A stretch of 64,000 nucleotides of DNA from Myxococcales bacterium (GTDB lineage Bacteria; Myxococcota_A; UBA9042; JABWCM01; BTVJ01): positions 32,001 to 96,000 of the forward strand of contig BTVJ01000007.1 of NCBI GenBank assembly GCA_045863395.1. Direction: 5' to 3'. Shown piece after piece: positions 32,502 to 43,620 of this stretch. Numbering within the stretch: position 1 is the first letter of the stretch; each line of letters starts with the position of its first letter. The notes below the pieces were generated by a model. It was not told where the DNA came from, ran no database searches, and saw nothing but the letters and a program-made list of their open reading frames with translations. The translations under genes and the position numbers were made by a program.

Positions 32502-33443
32502 GTGAAGGTGCTGCTGACGGGCGCCTTCGGCAACCTGGGCCTCGCGTGCCTCGACGAGGCCCTGGATCGGGGCTACGCCGTGAGATGCCTCGACGTGGAC
32601 TCGCGCCGGACACGCACCATTGGACGCCGCTACTCCGGGCGGGCCGAGATCGTGCTCGGCGACGTGCGGGACGAGGTCCTGCTGCGTCGCGCCGTGCACG
32701 GCACCGACGCCATCCTGCACAACGCCTCGCTGCTGCCACCCCGCTCGGAGGATGACCCATCCCTGTCACGTGCCGTGAACGTCGACGCGAGCAAGCTCCT
32801 CATCCGGTGCGCAGAGGACCTGCCCAGGCGCCCCGTGGTGGTCTTCCCATCGTCGGTTACCGTGTTCGGGGAGGCAGAGCCGGGAGAGGCTCCTCGAAGC
32901 GCATCGGACCCGGTCTACCCAACGGACCATTACACCGCTCACAAGCTGGAGGTCGAGGCAGCCCTGCGGGCAGCCCGAGTGCCGTGGGCTGTGCTGCGGG
33001 TGGGGGTCTCCGTCGACTCGCGCACCCTCGGGACGGACCTGCGCACGCTGCGACGACTTCTTGCCGTGCGCCCCGACAACCCTCTGGAGTGGGTCCACCC
33101 GCGTGACGTGGCGCGGGCAATGTGCGCCGTGGCGTCCACCGAGGGTGCCCATGGCCGGATCCTCGCCGTTGGAGGCGGCTCCACGTGCCAGGTTACGCAC
33201 GGAGACTTCATGGGTGCCGCCTTCGGGGCGCTGGGCCTCGCCGTTCCCCTCCGCGGCACGGCCCCCTACTACACGCACTGGATGGACACGGCGGAGGGCC
33301 AACGTCTCCTCGACTACCAGCGGCACACCTTCGACGACTACCGGCGGGAGATGGCGACCCGCCTCGCCTTGACCAGGCGCCTGCTCTGGCCCCTCCGGTG
33401 GCTGGTCGGACGTGCGCTGGGGGCGCTGGCGCATCGGGGCTGA
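32502..33443 (+). CDS. NAD-dependent epimerase/dehydratase (extended SDR)
   Basis: VLLTGAFGNLG, HNAS, VNVDA, SSVTVFG, YTAHK (YxxxK). Confidence 0.88.
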   Translation: MKVLLTGAFGNLGLACLDEALDRGYAVRCLDVDSRRTRTIGRRYSGRAEIVLGDVRDEVLLRRAVHGTDAILHNASLLPPRSEDDPSLSRAVNVDASKLLIRCAEDLPRRPVVVFPSSVTVFGEAEPGEAPRSASDPVYPTDHYTAHKLEVEAALRAARVPWAVLRVGVSVDSRTLGTDLRTLRRLLAVRPDNPLEWVHPRDVARAMCAVASTEGAHGRILAVGGGSTCQVTHGDFMGAAFGALGLAVPLRGTAPYYTHWMDTAEGQRLLDYQRHTFDDYRREMATRLALTRRLLWPLRWLVGRALGALAHRG

Positions 33444-33508
33444 CGGTCACGTCGGCGAGCACCGCTCGGGTCCGTTGCCGAGTGGACGCCCGCGCCGAGG
33501 ACGTTGTG

Positions 33509-34120
33509 TCACCCCTGCTGACGTCCACCCTGGCCGTGCAGGGCTACGGTGTCCCAGCACGCCCGCTCGGCCAGCTCGCGGTCGTCCTCCGTGAGGGCGA
33601 CGCGCCCCTCCCAGTGTGCGCGCATCATGCCGATGAAGGCCCCGAACACGAGCTCCATCAGGAGGGCGGGTGGGCCGGGCTTGATCTGCCCCTCCGCCTG
33701 GGCTCGCTCGACCATGGCCGCGCCAAAGGACTTGAGCGTGTTCTCCAGGCCGAGGCTCGTGGCGTCCAGGTAGGAGGCGTGGTGGTGGAGCTCCAGGAAC
33801 GCGAAGGCCTTGGGGTGGGCCAGGGCGAAGGCCACCATCTCGCGCCACATAGCGCGGAACTGCTCGCGGGGAGACGCGCCGGCGGGGAAGCCCGCGAAGA
33901 CGCGTTGGGCGATGACACCCTTCCACTTGCGGTAGACCGCGTTGACCATCACCTCCTTGCTCGGGAAGTAGTGGTACAGGGTGCCGGCCGCGACGCCTGC
34001 GCGCTTCGCGACCGTCGGGACCGCCGTGCCGTGGTACCCGTGGGTCACGAAGCAGTCCAGGGCGGCGTCGAGGATCTCGTCGCGGCGGTCGGGCGGTGTC
34101 GTGGCGGGCATCGGGCTCAT
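33509..34120 (-). CDS. TetR/AcrR family transcriptional regulator
   Basis: RRDEILDAALDCFVTHGYHGTAVPTVAKRAGVAAGTLYHYFPSKE; ATGA overlap with the upstream lipase-like gene. Confidence 0.93.
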   Translation of the reverse strand: MSPMPATTPPDRRDEILDAALDCFVTHGYHGTAVPTVAKRAGVAAGTLYHYFPSKEVMVNAVYRKWKGVIAQRVFAGFPAGASPREQFRAMWREMVAFALAHPKAFAFLELHHHASYLDATSLGLENTLKSFGAAMVERAQAEGQIKPGPPALLMELVFGAFIGMMRAHWEGRVALTEDDRELAERACWDTVALHGQGGRQQG

Positions 34121-35349
34121 CGGGAGGCAACGCTGGCGGCTTCTCTCAGGGATGTCAAGCGGCGGCGCCCGGCGAGCAGGGCAACCATGATGAGGGCGAG
34201 GGCGCCGCTCGGGGCGCGCCCGCCAGCGCCGCACCCCGCCGCGCCTGCGGACCCGCTCGGGATCGTGACGGACGACGTGGCGGGGAGCGTCGAAGGCGCG
34301 ACCGCCTGCACAGGCTCCGGAGATTCAACAGGCGCCGTCGTGCCCACCTTGTCGGTTGCGGCGCCCCCTGGGTCTGTGGCTCCGGGGACTGTGGACTCTT
34401 CGCCGACGGCGGCCTGCTCCTCGGGCGCTCCAATGCCCGGAGTGCCCTGGCCACCCGACGGGCCGTCTTCACCTCCCGTCTCCCCTTGCGTGCCCTCCGC
34501 GCCCGACGCCGGATCCCCCCCGTTCCACTCTGCCGCGTCGCCTGGCACGGGAGAGGTGAGGGCCGCGTGCATGATGAGATAGATGGCCGGGTCGTAGAAG
34601 GTCTGGAAGTGGCCCACGAACTCGTCGCAGAGGCCGATGTTGGTGGCTCCGGGCACGACGGAGGTCTGCCAAGGGCGGATGTACTCGTCGCCGCAGGTGT
34701 AGATGGACGTCACGGCCACGCCCTCGGGTAGCGGAACGCCGTTGACGGCCTCCAGGAATGCGCTCCCAGGAGACAGATCGTACAAGGCGGGCCACCCGGC
34801 GATGGCCGCCGCCATGGGGGCCTTGTCGATGCCGTTATGGGGGGACACGAAGGTCACCAGCCGCGAGACGTACTGGTCGCCGCCCAGCGACTGGATGTAG
34901 TGTCGCGCGATGACGCCGCCGGTGCACTCGGCGAGGATGTCGATCTTGTCCTGGCCGCTCTGTTCGCGAACCTGCTCCACCACGTCCGCCAGGTCTGCGG
35001 AGTTCTGGAAGAGGCTGCCGCTCAGGAGCGCCGGAGGTACATACACATAGGGGACGAAGCCGTCGCGCTCCAGGCGCGCCACGATGGGACCGAACCACTC
35101 CTCGCTGATGGTGACGCCAGTGATCAGCAGGACGGCGCGGGGTTCCACGAGAGGCGTGGGCCCCTCCTCGAGGTCTCCGACCACCAGCTCGCTGGCGTAC
35201 TTGTTGAGGAACAGCTCGCTCCAGAAGTAAGGCGACGTCTTGTCGCCGGAGGGCAGATCGTCGCAGCCCGTGATCGTCGCGAGCGTCAGGACGGTTGCTG
35301 CGGCGATCACGAGTGAGAGACGGGGTGTCATGGCTGTGTGGGCTCTCAT
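34117..35349 (-). CDS. Secreted alpha/beta hydrolase (lipase-like) with MYXO-CTERM-like tail
   Basis: Lipoprotein-like signal (ITGC); VLLITG, KIDILAECTGG elbow, VSRLVTFVSPHNG, GDEYI, VGH; acidic linker; GCGAGGRAPSGALALIMVALLAGRRR tail. Confidence 0.8.
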   Translation of the reverse strand: MRAHTAMTPRLSLVIAAATVLTLATITGCDDLPSGDKTSPYFWSELFLNKYASELVVGDLEEGPTPLVEPRAVLLITGVTISEEWFGPIVARLERDGFVPYVYVPPALLSGSLFQNSADLADVVEQVREQSGQDKIDILAECTGGVIARHYIQSLGGDQYVSRLVTFVSPHNGIDKAPMAAAIAGWPALYDLSPGSAFLEAVNGVPLPEGVAVTSIYTCGDEYIRPWQTSVVPGATNIGLCDEFVGHFQTFYDPAIYLIMHAALTSPVPGDAAEWNGGDPASGAEGTQGETGGEDGPSGGQGTPGIGAPEEQAAVGEESTVPGATDPGGAATDKVGTTAPVESPEPVQAVAPSTLPATSSVTIPSGSAGAAGCGAGGRAPSGALALIMVALLAGRRRLTSLREAASVASR

Positions 35350-35373
35350 GGCGGGGCTCCCTTGGTGTTTCGT

Positions 35374-35397
35374 GAGTCAATCGAACGTTCATTCGAA
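35374..35397. promoter_or_regulatory. Candidate TetR operator, copy 1
   Basis: GAGTCAATCGAACGTTCATTCGAA; core TCGAAY-N4-RTTCGA dyad; lies just downstream of the predicted -10. Confidence 0.65.
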
Positions 35398-35406
35398 CAT
35401 GGTCTC

Positions 35407-35436
35407 ACGCTAACACCAGCCCCCAAGATGTGTCAA
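35407..35436 (-). promoter_or_regulatory. sigma70-type promoter for the lipase-tetR operon
   Basis: TTGACA-N18-TAGCGT with extended TGn on the minus strand. Confidence 0.5.
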
Positions 35437-35485
35437 GCACCTCCCCAGCTACTTTTTCGAGAATGAAGTGTGTTCGGCTGGATAC

Positions 35486-35509
35486 GAGTCAATCGAACGT
35501 TCGTTCGAA
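35486..35509. promoter_or_regulatory. Candidate TetR operator, copy 2
   Basis: GAGTCAATCGAACGTTCGTTCGAA; 23/24 identical to copy 1; perfect TCGAAC-N4-GTTCGA dyad. Confidence 0.65.
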
Positions 35510-35513
35510 TCAT

Positions 35514-38500
35514 CTACGGGTAGGGAACGGGTGCCCCCGGGACGGCCACGTTGACCTCGAAGACGCCCTTGTTCCATCCGTCGGGGAGGTAGAGCTTCTT
35601 TGCGTCCCAGCCGCCGATGCCCGAGCCGAACTGCATGTTCGGCAGGTAGGCGCCGCTGCCACCCTGGAACACCACCTGGTAGCTCTTGCCGTCGGGGGGG
35701 AGGCGGTAGACCTTGGTCACGTTGTAGTCGGCGATGTAGACGTTGCCGCAGATGTCGACTGCCATGCCGTCGAGCCACCCTGTTCCCACCTTGGTCGCCC
35801 AAGCGAAGGGGGCGCTGAAGTTGCCGCTCGCGTCGATGTCGAACGCGTAGATCGTGCCCACGCCGCTGAAGCCGGCCACGTACATGCGGGAGTAGTCCGG
35901 GTTGAAGGTGACGCCGTTGGGGTTGGAGATGAGCCCGTCGCTCAGCACCTTTACGACCTTGGTGTACGGCTCCACCTGCAGGACCCGCTTGGCGTCATGC
36001 TCCGTAACGTAGGCGAGGCCGTTCATGTCCACCGCGAGGCCGTTCGGGTACTTGAGGTTGTTGAGCACCACGTGGATGGTCGCGTCGGGCGTGATGCGGA
36101 CGAGCTGGCCCTTGTAGTTGTCGTTGACCACCAGGTCGCCCGTCGGCAGGTAGCGGAGCCCGGCCCGGAAGTTGAGGCTCGGCACCCACACCACCGGCGA
36201 CTGCTTGTACTTGCTCTTGAAGATCGCCTTGTCGTTCGAGCCGATGACGTTGCCCACGTCGTCGAAGGCCAGGTCCTCCGATGCCATGGGGCCCGTGAGC
36301 TTGGTCAGCGCGAACGGACCCTGCGGGATCGTCGCGCAGTTCACGCCGCAGTCTCCGCAGGAGCCGCCGCAGCCGTCGCTGCCGCAGACCATGCCCTTGC
36401 AGTCGGGGACGCAGGTGACGCACTTGCCCGCCGGGTCGCAGGTCAGTCCGGCTCCGCAGGTGCCGCAGGAGCCGCCGCAGCCGTTGTCGCCGCAGGTCTT
36501 GCCCGCGCAGCTCGGGACGCATGGAACGCACTTTCCAACCTCGCACGTGTCGCCCGTCGCGCACGACCCGCAAGAGCCCCCACATCCATCGTCACCACAT
36601 GCCTTGCCCGTGCAGGACGGCTGACAGCACTTGTCCGGGTTCACGTTGGGGCAGCTCGCGCACATGCCCTCGCAGCAGTCGCCGTAGCTGAAGCATACGG
36701 CGTCGCAGAAGCACGAGCCCGCGTTGCCGCCGCACTTGCCGTCGCAAGGCCCGCCGTAGCAGGCTCCAGCCTCGGTGCAGGTCTTGCCGCCCGTGCAGGT
36801 GCCACAGGACCCGCCGCAGCCGTCCGGGCCGCAGGCCTTGCCCGTGCAGCTCGGCACGCACGCGCACTGGCCCGACGCATCACAGATGGTGCCCGCGCCG
36901 CACGTCCCACAGGAGCCACCGCAGCCGTTGGGGCCGCAGGTCTTCCCTGCGCAGTCAGGGACGCAGGCGCAGTGGCCGCTTACGCAGGTCTTGCCCGCGC
37001 CGCAGGTGCCGCAGGAGCCACCGCAGCCGTTGTCGCCGCACTCCTTGCCCGCGCAGCTCGGCTGGCAGACACAGAGGCCCGCCGAGCAGGTCGTGCCGGT
37101 CCCGCAGCTACCGCACGAGCCTCCGCAGCCGTCATCGCCGCAGACCTTGCCCTCGCAGCTCGGCACGCAGACGCACTGTCCCCCGGCGCAGGTCTTGCCC
37201 GCGCCACAGGACCCGCAGGAGCCACCGCAGCCGTCGTCGCCGCACGCCTTCCCCGCGCAGCTCGGCTGGCAGAGGCAGAGGCCGTTCGCGCAGGTCTTTC
37301 CGTCGGTGCAGGTGCCGCAGGAGCCACCGCAGCCGTCGCCGCCGCACTGCTTCCCGGCGCAGGAGGGTTGGCAGACGCACTGGCCCGCCGCGCAGGTCTT
37401 TCCGTCGGTGCAGGTGCCGCAGGAGCCCCCGCAGCCGTCGCCGCCACACTGCTTACCGGTGCATGTCGGCTGGCAGCACTGCGCCGCGAGCTCCGTGGCG
37501 CAGGTCGCGCACACGTCCGGGCAGCAATCGCCGCGCTCTGGCAGGAAGCACTCGGCGTCGCAGGCGCACAGCGCTCCGTCTGGGCCCACGACCGTCGTGT
37601 CTTTGCCGCAGGACCCTGCGCAAGAGGTCGGGTGGCACGCGCCGGCTGCGCACACGGTGCCGTCCGCGCAGGAGCCGCACACCCCGCCGCACCCGTCGTC
37701 ACCGCAGACCTTGCCGGCGCACTGCGGTACGCACACGCACGCGTTGTCGGCGCAGGCCCACCCGTCGGCGCACCCGCCGCACTCGTGGGTGACGCCGCAG
37801 TGGTCGGTCACGGCGCCGCACGTCGCTCCCAGCGTCTCGCAGGAGAGCGGCGTGCAGGTGCACTGGTTGGCCTCGCAGACGTGGCCGGCCTGGCACGAGC
37901 CGCAGCTCAGGGTGCCGCCGCAGCCATCGGGAGCGGTCCCACAGCTCGCGCCGAGCGCCTCGCAGTCCGCCGGTACGCACGCAGGCTCGCAGGTGCGCGC
38001 CTTGGTGCACACCTCGTTGCCCGGGCACGGTCCGCAGACGAGGGTGCCGCCGCAGCCGTCGGGCCCCGAGTCGCACTCGGCGCCCAGCAGCTCGCAGGTC
38101 GTGGGCACGCAGACCACCTCGCAGGTCCGGGCCGGGGAGCACACCGCTCCCGACGCGCAGGCGCCACAGTCCAGAGTGCCTCCGCAGCCATCGGGGACGA
38201 GATCGCACTCGGCTCCGAGGGCGTCGCAGGTCGTGACCACGCACTCCGGTTCGCAGGTGCCGGCCCCGCAGTACTCCCCGCTCGGGCAACCGCCGCAGTC
38301 GAGCGTGCCGCCGCAGCCGTCGGGGGCCGGGCCGCAGGACGCTCCCGCGGCGAGGCAGTCCGCGGGGAAGCAGGGGGCCTCGCAGGTGAAGTGGGACGAG
38401 CACAGATCGCCCTCGTCGCAAGCTCCGCAGTCCAGCACGGCGCCGCAGCCGTCGGGCGGAGCGCCACAGGACGCGAGCAGCTCGGCGCAGGTCCGCGGCT

Positions 38501-39389
38501 CGCACTCGTCGGGGATGCACGTGTAGTCGGGCCCGCAGTGGAACCCGGGGTCGCACGCGCCGCAGGTCATCTTGCCGCCGCAGCCGTCGTCCATGGTGCC
38601 GCAGGTGAAGCCGAACTCCTCGCAGGTGAACTTGACGCAGGCGCCCCCGCAGACGTTGGCGGTCCCGTCGCCCCCGCAGGTGAGGCCCTCCGGGCAGTCC
38701 CCGCAGTCGAGCGCACCGCCGCAGCCGTCCGGGATGGCGCTGCAGTCCTTGCCCTCGGCCTCGCAGGTCGTGGGCACGCACGGGACCGGAACGTCACAGA
38801 CATTGGCAGTCGTGGCGCCGCATTCCTCGCCCCCGGCGCAGGCCCCGCAGTACACGGCGCCGCCGCACCCGTCCACGATGGCGCCGCAGTTCCGGTCGCC
38901 GCAGGTGTCCGGTGAGCACCCCTGGTCGGAGCAGGCCCCCGGCGTCGCTGCGCCGCAGGACTGGCCCGCCGGACAGTCGCCGCACCCGAGGAGCCCCCCG
39001 CAGCCGTCGTCCGCCGGCCCGCAGGAGTAGCCGATGCTCGCACAGGTCAGGGGGGTGCAGCAGGCGCCGCCCGGGGCGCACACCTCACCGTTCGCGCATG
39101 CGCCGCAGGCCAGCGTGTTACCGCAGCCGTCGGGCGCCTCCCCGCACGACAGCCCGAGGGCTGTGCACGTGGTCGGGACGCAGGGAGCCGCGGTGTCTGC
39201 CGCCGTGGTGTCTGCCGCCGTGGTATCCGAGCCGCTGCCGTCGGCAGTGTCGGGCGCCGCCACGTCTCCCGTGGGCTCTCCGATCCCGCCGCCCAGGGCG
39301 ACGTCGTCGGTGGACGTGCCCGTGGAACCTTCGTCGACCTGGCATGCGACGACCAGCGTCAGGAGGAGGGCGAGCGCGCGAAGCTGCAT
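35514..39389 (-). CDS. Giant Cys-rich repeat lipoprotein with C-terminal SMP-30/gluconolactonase-like beta-propeller
   Basis: Lipobox LVVAC; more than 20 repeats CxPxxCxxxxCGxxxDGCGGxxxCGxC; two somatomedin-B-like CxCDxxCxxxGDCC units; C-terminal PNGLAVD, PNGVTF, LDGMAVD..GNVYIA blades. Confidence 0.85.
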   Translation of the reverse strand: MQLRALALLLTLVVACQVDEGSTGTSTDDVALGGGIGEPTGDVAAPDTADGSGSDTTAADTTAADTAAPCVPTTCTALGLSCGEAPDGCGNTLACGACANGEVCAPGGACCTPLTCASIGYSCGPADDGCGGLLGCGDCPAGQSCGAATPGACSDQGCSPDTCGDRNCGAIVDGCGGAVYCGACAGGEECGATTANVCDVPVPCVPTTCEAEGKDCSAIPDGCGGALDCGDCPEGLTCGGDGTANVCGGACVKFTCEEFGFTCGTMDDGCGGKMTCGACDPGFHCGPDYTCIPDECEPRTCAELLASCGAPPDGCGAVLDCGACDEGDLCSSHFTCEAPCFPADCLAAGASCGPAPDGCGGTLDCGGCPSGEYCGAGTCEPECVVTTCDALGAECDLVPDGCGGTLDCGACASGAVCSPARTCEVVCVPTTCELLGAECDSGPDGCGGTLVCGPCPGNEVCTKARTCEPACVPADCEALGASCGTAPDGCGGTLSCGSCQAGHVCEANQCTCTPLSCETLGATCGAVTDHCGVTHECGGCADGWACADNACVCVPQCAGKVCGDDGCGGVCGSCADGTVCAAGACHPTSCAGSCGKDTTVVGPDGALCACDAECFLPERGDCCPDVCATCATELAAQCCQPTCTGKQCGGDGCGGSCGTCTDGKTCAAGQCVCQPSCAGKQCGGDGCGGSCGTCTDGKTCANGLCLCQPSCAGKACGDDGCGGSCGSCGAGKTCAGGQCVCVPSCEGKVCGDDGCGGSCGSCGTGTTCSAGLCVCQPSCAGKECGDNGCGGSCGTCGAGKTCVSGHCACVPDCAGKTCGPNGCGGSCGTCGAGTICDASGQCACVPSCTGKACGPDGCGGSCGTCTGGKTCTEAGACYGGPCDGKCGGNAGSCFCDAVCFSYGDCCEGMCASCPNVNPDKCCQPSCTGKACGDDGCGGSCGSCATGDTCEVGKCVPCVPSCAGKTCGDNGCGGSCGTCGAGLTCDPAGKCVTCVPDCKGMVCGSDGCGGSCGDCGVNCATIPQGPFALTKLTGPMASEDLAFDDVGNVIGSNDKAIFKSKYKQSPVVWVPSLNFRAGLRYLPTGDLVVNDNYKGQLVRITPDATIHVVLNNLKYPNGLAVDMNGLAYVTEHDAKRVLQVEPYTKVVKVLSDGLISNPNGVTFNPDYSRMYVAGFSGVGTIYAFDIDASGNFSAPFAWATKVGTGWLDGMAVDICGNVYIADYNVTKVYRLPPDGKSYQVVFQGGSGAYLPNMQFGSGIGGWDAKKLYLPDGWNKGVFEVNVAVPGAPVPYP

Positions 39390-39582
39390 GGTGCGTTCCT
39401 TGTGGGCCGGGGGCGCTCGGAGGAGCACCCGGGGGTAGAGGGCATGCCGCGAGGCCCTCTCGACTCGGCGACCATGCTAGCCGGCCCCACACCGTGATGC
39501 CACTGGGACGTCACCTGGAGGTTACCCTGTGAGTTCTTGCCGTCGTCGCGCCGTTGCTACACAATCGCCGAGCCCGAGCCGT

Positions 39583-39650
39583 GGGGTCAGGACTACTCAT
39601 ATCCCACGATCAGGCGCGCCGGGATATGAGATATGAGTATACTTGACCCC
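39583..39650. repeat. 68-bp palindromic element, copy 2 (more degenerate left arm)
   Basis: GGGGTCAGGACTACTCATATCCCACGATCAGGCG|CGCCGGGATATGAGATATGAGTATACTTGACCCC; same length, same GGCGCGCC centre and same TGAGTATACTTGACCCCCC end as copy 1. Confidence 0.88.
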
Positions 39651-39681
39651 CCGGGGCTCCCACCTCTCCGAAGGAGAATCC

Positions 39682-41706
39682 ATGGCGTTGTTCCAGAGGC
39701 CCCCCGCCACCATGGCCGATGTGGAGCGGTGCAAGCCGCTCGACATTCCTCCCGACAAGGTCCTCGACATGACCGAGGAGGAGTGGTACGCCCGCGTCTA
39801 CCGGGGCGATGACGTCCCGCAGCTCACCGTCCGCGCCGTGATCGTCGGGTCGGTGCTCGGCTTCCTGCTCGCCTTCACCAACCTCTACATCGGCCTCAAG
39901 ACCGGCTGGGCCCTCGGCGTGGCCATCACGGCCTGCATCCTCAGCTACGCCATCTGGAACGTGTTCCTCAAGGCGGGGCTCGCCAAGACGCCGATGACCA
40001 TCCTCGAGACCAACTGCATGCAGTCGTCCGCGTCGGCGGCAGGCTACGCGACGGGCGGCACGTTCGTCTCCGCCATCTCCGCGCTGCTCATGCTGTCCGC
40101 CACGGCGGAGAACCCGAAGGGCGAGCACCTCCCGTGGCTGGTGCTGGTGCTGTGGACCCTGTTCCTCGGGGTGCTCGGCACCGTGATGGCCATCCCCATG
40201 AAGCGCAACATGATCAACAAGGAGCGCCTCAAGTTCCCGTCGGGGACGGCAGCCGCGGTGACGCTCCAGTCCCTGTTCAGCGAGGGTGGGGCCGCGCTGA
40301 AGAAGGCCAAGGCCCTGCTGTGGGCCACCGTGGCCGGAGCCATCTTCCCGTTGGTCATCGATCTGAACATCCTGGTCAAGTCCGTGGTGGACGAGGCCAC
40401 CGGGGCGGTCGAGCGGGTGCGAGAGGCGCTTCTCCCGGCCGAGTCGCACCTGTTCGACTTCCTGCACCTGACGGTCCCAGGCACCCACGTGGTGGATGGG
40501 AAGGTCGTCCCGAACCAGCCCTCCAACTGGACCATGGTCATGGACCACAACCCGGTCATGATCGCCGCGGGCGCCATCGTGGGGCTGCGCACCACCATCT
40601 ATATGATGCTCGGCAGCCTCGCCCTGATCTACGTGGCGGGCCCCCTCGCCTACGACAACGTCTGGGTCAGCGAGGTCACCGGCAAGTCGCTGCGCGCGGC
40701 CACGGAGCCCTGGAAGGCCTGGAAGGAGATCGGCATCTGGCTCGGCGTGCCCATCATGGTGTCGTATGGGCTCCTGTCCTTCGCGCTTCAGTGGAAGACG
40801 ATCCTCCGGGCCATGCGCGGCATCGGTGGTGGTGGCGCTGGCGCGACGGACGCGGAGCTCGTCGCGCGCACGGAGGCGCCCCTGTCGTGGTTCGTCACCG
40901 GGACGGTGCTCGCCGGGGCCGCGGTCGTGTGGGTGGCGCACACCTACTTCGAGATCCCCTGGTTCTACGGGGCCCTCGCCGTCGTCATGACCTTCTTCCT
41001 GTCGCTGGTGGCGTGCCGCGCCACGGGCGAGTCGGACATCACGCCCATCGGCGCCATGGGCAAGATCATGCAGCTCACCTACGGCGTGCTGATCCCCCAG
41101 TCCACCACCGCCAACCTGATGACCGCGGGCATCACGTCCAGCGCCGCCGGCTCTGCCGCGGATCTCCTCAACGACCTGAAGTCCGGCTACCTCCTCGGCG
41201 CCAACCCGCGCCGCCAGTTCATGGCGCAGCTCCTGGGCGTCCTGGCGGGCACGGCCGCCACCGTGACCGGCTTCATGCTGCTGGTGCCCGACGCCACCGC
41301 CCTCAACGGCGCCGAGGGCGTCGCCCCCAAGTTCCCCGCGCCCGCCGCCCAGGCGTGGAAGGCCGTCGCCGAGGTCTTCAAGATGGGCCTCGCCAACATG
41401 CACCCCATGCACCGGCAGGCCATCTGGCTGGGGCTGACCCTCGGGGCGGCGATGCTCGTCCTGGAGCTGGCGCTGCCCCGGTTCAAGAAGTGGCTGCCGT
41501 CGGCGACCGGAGTCGGCCTCGGGCTGATCCTCCCCTTCCAGTACCCCTTCTCCATGCTCCTGGGCGCCGTGGCCGCCTACATCTGGACTCGCCGCAACAA
41601 GCAGTCCGCCGAGGACTACATGATCCCCGTGGCCGCCGGCATCATCGCGGGCGTCTCCATCATGGGCGTCATCGTTGCGATGCTGAACAACCTCGTGCTG
41701 CTCTAG
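39682..41706 (+). CDS. OPT family oligopeptide transporter
   Basis: PQLTVRAVIVG, NLYIGLKTGW, ILETNCMQS, LKFPSGTAAA, RATGESD, DLKSGYLLGANPRRQF, FPAPAAQAW; AAGGAG RBS. Confidence 0.93.
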   Translation: MALFQRPPATMADVERCKPLDIPPDKVLDMTEEEWYARVYRGDDVPQLTVRAVIVGSVLGFLLAFTNLYIGLKTGWALGVAITACILSYAIWNVFLKAGLAKTPMTILETNCMQSSASAAGYATGGTFVSAISALLMLSATAENPKGEHLPWLVLVLWTLFLGVLGTVMAIPMKRNMINKERLKFPSGTAAAVTLQSLFSEGGAALKKAKALLWATVAGAIFPLVIDLNILVKSVVDEATGAVERVREALLPAESHLFDFLHLTVPGTHVVDGKVVPNQPSNWTMVMDHNPVMIAAGAIVGLRTTIYMMLGSLALIYVAGPLAYDNVWVSEVTGKSLRAATEPWKAWKEIGIWLGVPIMVSYGLLSFALQWKTILRAMRGIGGGGAGATDAELVARTEAPLSWFVTGTVLAGAAVVWVAHTYFEIPWFYGALAVVMTFFLSLVACRATGESDITPIGAMGKIMQLTYGVLIPQSTTANLMTAGITSSAAGSAADLLNDLKSGYLLGANPRRQFMAQLLGVLAGTAATVTGFMLLVPDATALNGAEGVAPKFPAPAAQAWKAVAEVFKMGLANMHPMHRQAIWLGLTLGAAMLVLELALPRFKKWLPSATGVGLGLILPFQYPFSMLLGAVAAYIWTRRNKQSAEDYMIPVAAGIIAGVSIMGVIVAMLNNLVLL

Positions 41707-41714
41707 CCCACCGC

Positions 41715-43355
<1,641 letters not shown>

Positions 43356-43380
43356 GGGAGCCCTCCTGGTCTGGGGGCAG

Positions 43381-43620
43381 TGTACGTCAGCGGGCCGCAC
43401 GCGCCAGAATCGTGTCTGTCAGGCGGTGCACGAGGCACGCCCTGCCCCCGTGAACCCCAACGTGGGCGCCGGCTGGAGGGCGGAGGAGGCTCAGGCGAGC
43501 ACGTCCCCGACGCGCAGCTCCCGCGCCCGCGCCGGGAAGGCCGCAGCCGCACCAGGGCGTCTTGTGGACGAAGCAGGTCCTCCCGCACCGCGCGCAGCCC
43601 GGACGCGAGCTCGTAGCCGG
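43381..43620 (-). pseudogene. Collapsed remnant of a second nitrogenase-like operon (3' end of nifH-like gene joined to 3' end of the third gene)
   Basis: 43381-43483 aligns by eye with 47211-47311; 43491-43617 aligns with 50329-50459 (AFPARARELRVGDVLA vs AFPARARELRVGDLLA; YELASGLRAVREDLL vs YELAAGLRAVREGLL, in different frames). Confidence 0.85.

Noticed and set aside
35514..39389. CRISPR array suggested by the periodic repeats
   Set aside because: Repeats are in-frame, degenerate at third positions and encode Cys-rich protein units; there are no unique spacers or cas genes.
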